Of a stretch of DNA of 64,000 nt, positions 55,857-64,000 are shown piece by piece (position 1 is the first letter of the stretch; every line of letters begins with the position of its first letter). This stretch comes from Nitrospirota bacterium (GTDB lineage Bacteria; Nitrospirota; Thermodesulfovibrionia; Thermodesulfovibrionales; UBA9159). The notes under the pieces are model-generated. The model made no database searches. It was given only the letters and a program-made list of their open reading frames with translations, and was not told the DNA's origin. The stretch covers positions 1 through 64,000 of the forward strand of contig CAVOUE010000012.1 in the NCBI GenBank assembly GCA_963699545.1. The letters run 5' to 3'. The position numbers and the translations under genes are program-made.

Positions 55857-57481
55857 ATGAAGAAAAAGATTCTCTGGAGATTCATCCTCATCGGGATCAC
55901 CGTTGTTCTTGCCCTCGTTTTCTTTCTTCCCAATACGCCGTTATTTCAGTACATGCCTGCGTGGTGGAAGAACACCATGCCGAACAAGGGGATAACGCTT
56001 GGTCTTGACCTTCAGGGGGGAGTCCATCTCGTATTTGAGGTGGAGGGCGACAGGGCCGTGGAGATCACCACGGAGAGGATAGGACAGTCTATCAAGGACA
56101 CACTGGGGAAAAAGAAGATCGCTGCAGAGGTGAACAGGAACGGTCTCTTCCTCACGGTCTCGCCCAATTCCATAGAGGTAAGGAAGGCTGTTGAAGACAA
56201 CTATCCCTCACTCACCGCTGTAGAGACAGGGACAAAACTCGTTTATAAGCTTTCAGAGAGGGAAGCGGGCAGGACAAAGGAGACCTCGGCGGACCAGGCA
56301 CTCGAAACTATCCGAAACAGGATCGACCAGTTCGGTGTCGCAGAACCGACCATTCATCGGCAGGGGACCAATGAGATCGTGGTCCAGCTCCCGGGGATAA
56401 AGGACCCGAAACGCGCCATAGAGATCATCGGGAAGACCGCACAGCTTGAGTTCAAGCTTGTGGATGATGCATCGACTGTGGCAGCTGAAGATCCCTGCGG
56501 CCGTCAGACCGGGAGAAGAAGATGCCCTGCTGGCAAAGTTTGCCGGAAAGATACCTGCTGATGACGAGATCCTCTTCGAGAAGTCGGTGAACAGGGAGAC
56601 CGGTGAGGTCAGAAAAAGACCGATCCTTCTGAAGAAACAGGCGCTGATGACGGGGGACCTCCTCACCGAGGCGAAGGTGAACATCGACCAGAGGTTCAAC
56701 GAGCCCTATGTCTCCATAACCTTCAATGCGGTGGGTGCAAAGCTTTTTGAGGATATCACTGCGGCGAACGTTAAAAGGAGGACTGGCCATCATCCTTGAC
56801 GGGAGCGTCTATTCAGCCCCCGTGATACAGGAGAGGATATCCGGTGGAAATGCACAGATCACGGGGAGATTTTCCATGGATGAGGCAAAGGACCTCGCCA
56901 TCGTGCTCAGGGCGGGCGCACTTCCGGCGCCGGTAAAGATGCTCCAGAATGTCACGGTCGGACCGTCCCTCGGAACGGACTCCATCGAGGCGGGAAAAAT
57001 GGCCGGCATCATCGGGACCGTCCTTGTGGTCATCTTCATGATCATCTATTACAGGCTTTCGGGAGTGATCGCAGATTGTGCCCTCGCCCTGAACATCGTG
57101 CTCCTCCTCGGCGCCATGGCGTCCCTTAACGCCACGCTGACGATGCCGGGCATCGCGGGAATCATCCTCGCCATCGGCATGGCGGTGGACTCCAACGTGC
57201 TGATGTTCGAGAGAATAAGAGACGAACTGAAGACAGGAAAGACCCCGAGGGCGGCAGTGGATTCGGGATACGACAAGGCCTTCTGGACGATATTCGACTC
57301 CCATGTGACCACCCTCATCACCGCGGCGGTCCTCTTCCAGTTCGGCACAGGACCGATAAAGGGGTTTGCGGTGACCCTGAGCCTCGGCGTTGCCATAAAT
57401 CTCTTTACCGCTCTCATAGGTACAAAATCGATATTCGACCTCATCAACAGCAGGCAAGAGGTCAGGAAGCTGAGCATATAG
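55857..57481 (+). CDS. secD: Protein translocase SecD; frameshifts near 56480 and 56780
   Basis: [44 protein letters not shown]. Confidence 0.95.
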
Positions 57482-57489
57482 GAGGCAGG

Positions 57490-58404
57490 ATGTTAGAACT
57501 CATCAAGGATACAAAGATCGATTTCCTCGGGAAAAGAAAATTCGCATTCGTTTTTTCAGGGATACTCTCGATCATAGGAATCATCACCATTGTCCAGATA
57601 GCGAACGGAAGGGCGAACCTGGGGATAGACTTTGCGGGGGGCACGTCCATGCAGCTTAAGTTCGAGAGGCCCGTAAACCTCCACGAGGTGAGAAAGGCCC
57701 TGGAAGAAGGCGGTGTCAAGGACTTCGACCTCCAGGATCTCCCCGCAGTGAAGAAGATTCTCATCAGGGAGAAAAAGACCACTCAGCAGCTGGGGCAGGT
57801 CTCGGAGATGATCACGGGGATCATCAGCAAGAAGTTCCCTGATAACAGGTATGTGGTGGATTCCACCACTGAGATCGGGCCGAAGGTCGGCGGAAGATTG
57901 AGGGCCGACGCGGCGCAGGCGATCGCCATGGCGACGCTCGGGATACTTATCTACATCGCCATACGGTTCAAGTTCGACTTTGCGGTGGGCGCCACGGTTG
58001 CCACGTTCCATGATGTCCTTGCGGTGCTCGCGGTATTCTATCTTCTTGGAAGAGAGATAAACCTCATCCTTGTGACAGCCCTTCTCACCATCGCAGGGTA
58101 TTCCCTCACCGATACGGTAGTTGTCTTCGACAGGATAAGGGAGAACCTCCGCACAAAGTTCAAGGAGCCCATAGAGGCGGTCATGAACCAGAGTATCAAC
58201 GAGGTCCTCTCAAGGACGATTGTCACGTCCTTTACCGTGCTCCTCACCTCCCTCGCCCTTTTCTTTTTCGGTGGAGAGGTGTTGCACGATTTCAGTCTCG
58301 CTATGATCCTCGGAGTCATCATCGGCACGTATTCCTCCATCTTTGTTGCAAGCCCCATCGTGCTCCTTTGGGAAAAGAAGGGCCTTTTCAAGAAACGCAA
58401 ATGA
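57490..58404 (+). CDS. secF: Protein translocase SecF
   Basis: GIDFAGG, HDV, GYSLTDTVVVFDRIREN, GTYSSIFVA. Confidence 0.96.
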   Translation: MLELIKDTKIDFLGKRKFAFVFSGILSIIGIITIVQIANGRANLGIDFAGGTSMQLKFERPVNLHEVRKALEEGGVKDFDLQDLPAVKKILIREKKTTQQLGQVSEMITGIISKKFPDNRYVVDSTTEIGPKVGGRLRADAAQAIAMATLGILIYIAIRFKFDFAVGATVATFHDVLAVLAVFYLLGREINLILVTALLTIAGYSLTDTVVVFDRIRENLRTKFKEPIEAVMNQSINEVLSRTIVTSFTVLLTSLALFFFGGEVLHDFSLAMILGVIIGTYSSIFVASPIVLLWEKKGLFKKRK

Positions 58405-58473
58405 GAACTAAGAAATGAGAACGGGGAACCTGGAAACGTTCGCGATTCCCTATTCCCCATTTCTTATTTCCTA
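58400..58473. repeat. Heptamer-periodic inverted repeat between secF and recJ
   Basis: ATGAGAA CTAAGAA ATGAGAA CGGGGAA CCTGGAA ... TTCCCTA TTCCCCA TTTCTTA TTTCCTA. Confidence 0.7.
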
Positions 58474-58480
58474 GTTGATC

Positions 58481-60232
58481 ATGAACAGACGATGGCTCAT
58501 AAAGAGGACGAATCCTGAATATACCCTCTATCTGTCTAAAGCCGCATCCATATCCCCTGTTCTGGCGCAGGTACTGATCAACAGGGGGATAAAGACTCCC
58601 GGCGAGGTAAAGGATTTCCTCTCTCCCGGAATCACAACCCTTTCAGATCCCTTCGACCTTCCGGACATGTCAGCTGCCGTTGAGAGGATCAAGGTTGCAT
58701 TTCACCGCGGTGAGAGGGTCCTGGTCCATGGAGACTATGATACCGACGGCTTAACTGCCACGTCCATCATGACCCATGCCCTCAAGGCCATGGGCATGGA
58801 CGTCCATTATTTCATCCCCAACAGAATGACCCACGGATACGGCTTTAACATGCCCTCGGTTGATGTCGCCGGGAAGCTCGGGGCAAAACTCATCATCACG
58901 GTGGACTGCGGCATAACGGCCTTCGAGACGGCTGCAGCTGCAGCGGAAAGGGGAATAGACGTCATAATCACCGACCACCATGAACCATCAAGAAAAAGTT
59001 CGACGCTGGGAGTTCGGAGTTCGGAGTCCAAGAACGAACCTCAAGACTTGGAACTGCCCGAAGCTGTTGCGGTCATTGATCCGAAAATCTCCGCTTTCAA
59101 ATCCCCGATTTCGGACCTGTCCGGAGCCGGTATCGCATTTAAGGTGGTGCAGGCGCTGGCCCTGGACGATGCATTGCCTTTGTCAGTGGATGATTCCCTC
59201 GCCCTCCTTGACCTGGCTGCCCTGGGGACACTGGCCGACGTGGTACCCCTGACCGGTGAAAACAGGATCATCCTGAGGGAAGGGATGCGCCACATCCAGA
59301 GCGCCGACCGACGGGGCATTAAATCGCTGATCGAGGTATCCGGGCTCCGCGACAGGGAGTTAAGGGCGGGACTTCTCTCTTTCACGCTGGTACCAAGAAT
59401 AAATGCATCGGGAAGGATCGGTGATTCAGGGGATGTCGTCAGCCTCTTCCTTTCCGGTTCAGATGAAGAGACTCTCTCCATAGCGGAGAAGCTTGACCGG
59501 ACAAACTCTGAAAGGCAGAGGATAGAAGAGGAAACCTATCAGGAGGCCCTTGCGCAGCTCAGGGGAAAGAGATATGATGCCGCTGTCGTCCTCGCCGGCG
59601 AAGGATGGCATGCAGGTGTCATAGGGATTGTCGCTTCAAGGATCATGGAGGAATGCTACCGGCCGACCTTTATCTTTACCCTGGCTGATGGTGTCGCAAA
59701 AGGCTCTGCAAGAAGCATTCCGGCGTTCGACCTGTATAACGGTCTGTCCGCCTGCAGCGATCTCCTCCTGTCCTTTGGAGGCCACCGGCAGGCAGCGGGA
59801 GTGAAACTGAAGGAATCAGACATCGTGCGCTTCGAAGAGAGAATGAACGCGGTGGTGCGTGATACCCTTCAGGCCGACGATTTCACTCCGACCATCGAAA
59901 TCGATACAGAGCTGTCTCTGTACAATGTGAATACCGGCCTTGTGAGAGAACTGTCTCTGCTTGAGCCTCTGGGGTCCGGGAATCCTGAACCCATCCTTGG
60001 CGCGAGAAAGCTGGACGTCGTGAATCCGCGTGTTGTGGGTAAGAATCATCTCAAGATGAAATTAAAGCAGAAGGCATTGTCCTTTGATGCCATAGGTTTT
60101 GACATGGGCAGCTTCATCGAGCACCTCAGTTCGTCCTTATCAGTGGATGCGGCATTCACGCCCACGATAAACGAATGGAACGGCAACAGATACCTCCAGT
60201 TGAACCTCAAGGCATGCAGGCCGAGCAGGTGA
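58481..60232 (+). CDS. recJ: Single-stranded DNA exonuclease RecJ
   Basis: GDYDTDG, TVDCG, TDHHE, GTLADVVPL, PRINASGR, FGGHRQAAG. Confidence 0.95.
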   Translation: MNRRWLIKRTNPEYTLYLSKAASISPVLAQVLINRGIKTPGEVKDFLSPGITTLSDPFDLPDMSAAVERIKVAFHRGERVLVHGDYDTDGLTATSIMTHALKAMGMDVHYFIPNRMTHGYGFNMPSVDVAGKLGAKLIITVDCGITAFETAAAAAERGIDVIITDHHEPSRKSSTLGVRSSESKNEPQDLELPEAVAVIDPKISAFKSPISDLSGAGIAFKVVQALALDDALPLSVDDSLALLDLAALGTLADVVPLTGENRIILREGMRHIQSADRRGIKSLIEVSGLRDRELRAGLLSFTLVPRINASGRIGDSGDVVSLFLSGSDEETLSIAEKLDRTNSERQRIEEETYQEALAQLRGKRYDAAVVLAGEGWHAGVIGIVASRIMEECYRPTFIFTLADGVAKGSARSIPAFDLYNGLSACSDLLLSFGGHRQAAGVKLKESDIVRFEERMNAVVRDTLQADDFTPTIEIDTELSLYNVNTGLVRELSLLEPLGSGNPEPILGARKLDVVNPRVVGKNHLKMKLKQKALSFDAIGFDMGSFIEHLSSSLSVDAAFTPTINEWNGNRYLQLNLKACRPSR

Positions 60233-60236
60233 AGCT

Positions 60237-61070
60237 TCACGGCTTGTAATACATTAACCGGCGGGCATAGGGGGCGATCCTTTCTACTATCTCCTTCTGC
60301 TCCCTCTCTGTCATTGCCTCGAACCTTTTTGCAAACCTCACGTTCTCCTCAAGCTGCTCAACGCTGTCGCAGCCGATGACAACGGTGGTTATGGCCTGGG
60401 AAAGGGCGTACCGGTAAAAAGGTTCCGGAGATGAAAATCCCGGCAACCTTGCCGCCAGCCCCCTGAAATAGACTTTCATGCCGACAATGCCCATTCCTTT
60501 CTTCCTGGCAACAGGGATCACCGCATCGATAAAACTTTCATGTTGGGGCTCCGCAGGGTTCACCGGCATGAGCACCGTATCAAAATTGAACTGCTCGATG
60601 CATCGCCTGATGATGGACGGATCGTGGTGCCCTGTCACTCCGACAAATCTCACGAGACCTTTCTCCCTGGCTTCGACAAATGCCTCCAGAGCTCCTCCTG
60701 GACCGAATATCTCTTCTCTATCCTCGTCCGTCCGCACATCGTGGACCTGCCACAAATCCAGATGATCGGTCTTCATAGTGGTGAGCGTCTCGCGGAGATG
60801 ATGCAGTGCGCCTTCCTTATCTCTTGCGTGGGATTTGCTCGCAAGGAAAATATCTCCTCTTCTCTCTTTTAAGGCTTTGTCGTAATACGATTCACTTCCC
60901 GAATAGGCTCGCGCTGATTCGAGATAACTGATCCCGAGGTCTATAGCCTTATTGATTAACTGATACGCCTCCTTTTCATATCCGAAGGTCCGGAGGATCC
61001 CTTCGCCGCCAAGGCCAAGGATGGTCACTTCGACGCCGGTTCGACCAAGTCTTCTCTTCGGCAGGCTCAT
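60237..61070 (-). CDS. Aldo/keto reductase
   Basis: RRLGRTG, ESARAY, TDHLDLWQVH, GLVRFVGVTGH. Confidence 0.88.
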   Translation of the reverse strand: MSLPKRRLGRTGVEVTILGLGGEGILRTFGYEKEAYQLINKAIDLGISYLESARAYSGSESYYDKALKERRGDIFLASKSHARDKEGALHHLRETLTTMKTDHLDLWQVHDVRTDEDREEIFGPGGALEAFVEAREKGLVRFVGVTGHHDPSIIRRCIEQFNFDTVLMPVNPAEPQHESFIDAVIPVARKKGMGIVGMKVYFRGLAARLPGFSSPEPFYRYALSQAITTVVIGCDSVEQLEENVRFAKRFEAMTEREQKEIVERIAPYARRLMYYKP

Positions 61071-61095
61071 AGGAAAAAGTTCATCGAAAGACCAT

Positions 61096-61353
61096 CTACT
61101 CTTCCACTACCTTATAGACCACATCATGCTCGCGCACATGTTCCTTCACTTTGATACCGATGTCAGCGCCTTTCTCTGCCAGGTTAATATCTTTATGCTC
61201 GATCTGGATGGAGTCCACTTTCTGAATGAAATCAGAGGTATGGCCCTTGATGTGAACAGTGTCGCCCACTGTCAGTTCACCCTCCAGAACTACCGCCGCC
61301 ACTCCCAGGTGCGAAAAATAATGGCTAATGACGCCTACCCTTTTCTCTTTCAT
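61096..61353 (-). CDS. Small translation-factor-like beta-barrel protein
   Basis: VGVISHYFSHLGVA...GDTVHIKGHTSDF...IGIKV...VREHDVVY; GGAGG RBS. Confidence 0.75.
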   Translation of the reverse strand: MKEKRVGVISHYFSHLGVAAVVLEGELTVGDTVHIKGHTSDFIQKVDSIQIEHKDINLAEKGADIGIKVKEHVREHDVVYKVVEE

Positions 61354-61636
61354 ATGGCCCTCCTTGAAAAGAGATGTGTTTACGCGCAGACCGCCCCTTC
61401 TCCTTTTTAGATTATAGCAAGTTTTTGAGGCAAGCGTTACAGGAAGGACCCTCTCTGTGATCATTCAATCGTTATGGCCCGAAAAGGACAGGCATATATT
61501 ACGCTCTTGTGTTCTTCGAATACGAACTTTTCATGGTTTATCACCCATGCCTTCTCATCTCTCATCGTGAAGAACAGGGGGTAAAGTTCAACACACGCGC
61601 CGCATCCTGTGCAAAGGCTGTAATCGATATACGGTA

Positions 61637-62545
61637 TCAAGAAACATCCACCCCTTCCGCCTTCTGCCCCGTTATCTGCCTCAACCTCGCAGCGTTCTTT
61701 ATCGCCGGGGAGCCGTGGTTGTTGAACATCACAAAGGTTTCCTTTGCCTTCCTGGATACTTCAAAGACCGGTGGGACAAATTCCTTCAGTTCCTCATCCG
61801 AATAGGAATATTGGTACCTCAATGAAGTCCCTATTCCCTTCTTCAGCCAGGTTTCCTTGTTCCTCCCGTGTAACCGGAAATAGGCGGTATCTGTGGTAAC
61901 TTCAGGGATGAAGGGAACTGTGGCGAGGTTGCCGTACTGGGGCTCATCCGCTGCGATGTAAGTTATGCCATGCTTCCTGAGGAAAGGGAACACTGATCCC
62001 CTTGTTTCAGGAGTGAGCCAGCTTCCATTCCTGAACTCAACCCCCATGGGCACATTTCCCATGGCCTCCCTGCAGAACAGAATATAGTCAAGGTTTTCAG
62101 GTTTATGGATGAAGTGCCGCGAGTACTGGAATACGCTTATGCCCAGCTTGCCGGCCTCTTTAAGGGGCCTGAATGCTTCCTTGAACACTCTGAAGGCGGC
62201 TTCAAGGGGCGTTTTCTCCTTCACCATGACACGGTCCTTTCTGAGCGCGTCCGCTGGAAGCATGGCCCTCACTTCCGGAGGGATTGACATGAGATCGGCA
62301 CTGTGGCCGGTGAGCAGGGCATACGCCTTGACATGAAAGACAAACCCGGCAGGAGTTCGCTCCGCCCACTGCCTCACCGTCTTTTCTGCGGGAATGGCAT
62401 AGTAGCTTGAATCCACCTCGACAACGTCAAAAATGTTTGCATAGTATCTGAGCCTGCTTTCGGCAGTGTTGACCCCCTTTGGATAAAACTCCCTGCTCTG
62501 AACAAGGGTCTTCTCCGCCCAGGAACACATGCCGATACGAATCAC
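61637..62545 (-). CDS. DUF72 protein
   Basis: IGMCSW, VEVDSSYY, VEFRNGSW, YFRLHGRN, FNNH. Confidence 0.9.
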   Translation of the reverse strand: MIRIGMCSWAEKTLVQSREFYPKGVNTAESRLRYYANIFDVVEVDSSYYAIPAEKTVRQWAERTPAGFVFHVKAYALLTGHSADLMSIPPEVRAMLPADALRKDRVMVKEKTPLEAAFRVFKEAFRPLKEAGKLGISVFQYSRHFIHKPENLDYILFCREAMGNVPMGVEFRNGSWLTPETRGSVFPFLRKHGITYIAADEPQYGNLATVPFIPEVTTDTAYFRLHGRNKETWLKKGIGTSLRYQYSYSDEELKEFVPPVFEVSRKAKETFVMFNNHGSPAIKNAARLRQITGQKAEGVDVS

Positions 62546-62589
62546 AGGCCACTCACGATCAACTCCGGCGACCCTGTCAAGATTCCGAC

Positions 62590-63015
62590 CTATTCCTGTG
62601 CTTCACCCATTACCTGAACGATCAGTCTTCTTTGTCTTCCTCTGTTGTCGAAGTCAATGAAGACGATCTGCTGCCATGTTCCCAGTGCCAGCTCGCCTCT
62701 TATCACCGGGATGCCGAGAGAAGGTTTCATGAGGGCTGCCCTCACATGGGAGAAGCCATTCCCGTCTCCCCATCGTTTGTCATGTTCATAGGGGATATTG
62801 GAAGGCGCGATCTTCTCTATCGCTTTCTTAAGATCGTTCACCACCCCCGATTCATATTCAATGGTCGTTATCGCCCCGGTTGAGCCGGTGCAAAAGACCG
62901 TGACCAGACCGTTTTCGATCTTAGACCCGTGCAAAACTGAGAGCACCTTGTCCGTAATGTCGATGATGTCGGTAAACCCTTTTGTATTCAACGAGATGGT
63001 ATCGGTGATGATCAT
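62590..63015 (-). CDS. yjbQ: YjbQ/UPF0047 family protein
   Basis: [23 protein letters not shown]. Confidence 0.9.
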   Translation of the reverse strand: MIITDTISLNTKGFTDIIDITDKVLSVLHGSKIENGLVTVFCTGSTGAITTIEYESGVVNDLKKAIEKIAPSNIPYEHDKRWGDGNGFSHVRAALMKPSLGIPVIRGELALGTWQQIVFIDFDNRGRQRRLIVQVMGEAQE

Positions 63016-63190
63016 GGGTCATTTTAGCACTTTTATGGAGGATTGCGGAATGGCTGTTTCACCGACGAAGACGCAGTTCCTGGAAATCGAAACAGGTGGA
63101 GATCACTTGCTGGAACATGCAAAAAAAAGGGCGCGGGAAATTCCCCTCGCCCTGTATGAAAAAAAACCGCTATGAAAGCTTTATTTCTCT

Positions 63191-63361
63191 CTATGGAACT
63201 TCTCCCGAGGGCATGTCCTCCATCCTATTAATGAGATCCTTGACCGCCTTTTTCTCGATCAGGATTCCCTTTTCTCCGCCAGCCTTTTCGAGCTCCTTCA
63301 GGTAACCCTGGAGTGCATTCATTACCGCAGATGCCTCCAAACCAGTCAATTTCAAATCCAT
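63191..63361 (-). CDS. Small hypothetical protein
   Basis: AAGGAG RBS; MDLKLTGLEASAVMNALQGYLKEL; hairpin plus T-run downstream at ~63120-63155. Confidence 0.55.
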   Translation of the reverse strand: MDLKLTGLEASAVMNALQGYLKELEKAGGEKGILIEKKAVKDLINRMEDMPSGEVP

Positions 63362-63538
63362 CGCCTTGATCTCCTTTCTCGTTGAATGACGTCTTATATT
63401 AGAGCTTACCAGATGCATAGTGGGTGTCAAGCCCCCCAATTCGGTGTTTTGGGGCGTTGACCCGATTATGCACTTCAAAGAGGTAACGACCAGTTTTGTT
63501 AGCCCTGTCGAAGCAGCGCTGAATGCTCACACAGGCGG

Positions 63539-64000
63539 TTACCCAATGCTTTCATTGTCGCCGACTCTGGCCCCTGTCGCGGCCATGCTCTCCTCACTAT
63601 TGTTCGCAAAGAACGTCCCGGCCCTTTCCCTTGCTTCATCCATACTGCTGCTTGACTGGACCCTGGACGCCAAAGAGTGTCCGAATTTATAGTTCCGGGC
63701 GAAGTAGTGGGTAAATTCCTTCAGCCTGCCCAAGCGGTATATGGGGCGATAATCCGCGTTCAGGGCTTCGAGAAAGGCCGCGTAAACATCCGGCAGCGAC
63801 ACCGCCGGCTCCGTGATATCGCCGCCGAATACAGTCCTGGCAATTTCGGCGAAGAGCCAGGGTCTTATCACCGCCCCCCGTCCGAGCATCAATCCGTCGG
63901 CGCCGGATACTCTCAGGCATTTTTCCGCGTCCTCTACCGAGAAAATTCCGCCATTGGCGATAACGGGTATTTTAATGCATTCCTTTATTTCGGCTATATA
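63539..64000 (-). CDS. tRNA-dihydrouridine synthase family protein, 3' part (truncated by the window)
   Basis: IPVIANGGI...GADGLMLGRGAVIRPWLF. Confidence 0.85.
   Translation of the reverse strand, partial: YIAEIKECIKIPVIANGGIFSVEDAEKCLRVSGADGLMLGRGAVIRPWLFAEIARTVFGGDITEPAVSLPDVYAAFLEALNADYRPIYRLGRLKEFTHYFARNYKFGHSLASRVQSSSSMDEARERAGTFFANNSEESMAATGARVGDNESIG

Overview
Mostly a core-genome stretch of a Gram-negative bacterium (protein style suggests Nitrospirota/Thermodesulfovibrionia or a deltaproteobacterium; inference only). It is probably from an unpolished long-read assembly: many essential genes (rho, rpoB, tuf, secE, secD) carry 1-2 nt frameshifts, and the first ~965 bp look chimeric (AT-rich Lrp-like fragment, then a very GC-rich fragment, then the 3' part of rho). 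Core blocks: tRNA-Thr/Tyr/Gly/Thr-tuf-rpmG-tRNA-Trp-secE-nusG-rplKAJL-rpoBC (minus strand) and bamA-skp-lpxD-fabZ-lpxA-lpxI-yajC-secDF-recJ (plus strand). The most interesting region is an accessory island at ~3.5-9.3 kb: an integrase-less integron cassette array (two textbook attC sites plus a degenerate one) carrying an HNH and two HEPN-like nuclease genes. It is headed by an inverted pair of XerC-arm/dif-like sequences and ends, exactly at the GTT crossover, in a 134-bp element with an IS21-like TGT terminus. That element recurs at 3538-3671 and, truncated, at ~27353-27440 after a second co-oriented orphan gene cluster (AlbA_2 protein and small ORFs). Other oddities: a tandem duplication inside RpoC, 7-8-bp-periodic hairpins at many gene junctions and in frame inside recJ, a MITE with a dRS3-like core, and a probable CTG start for rplJ.
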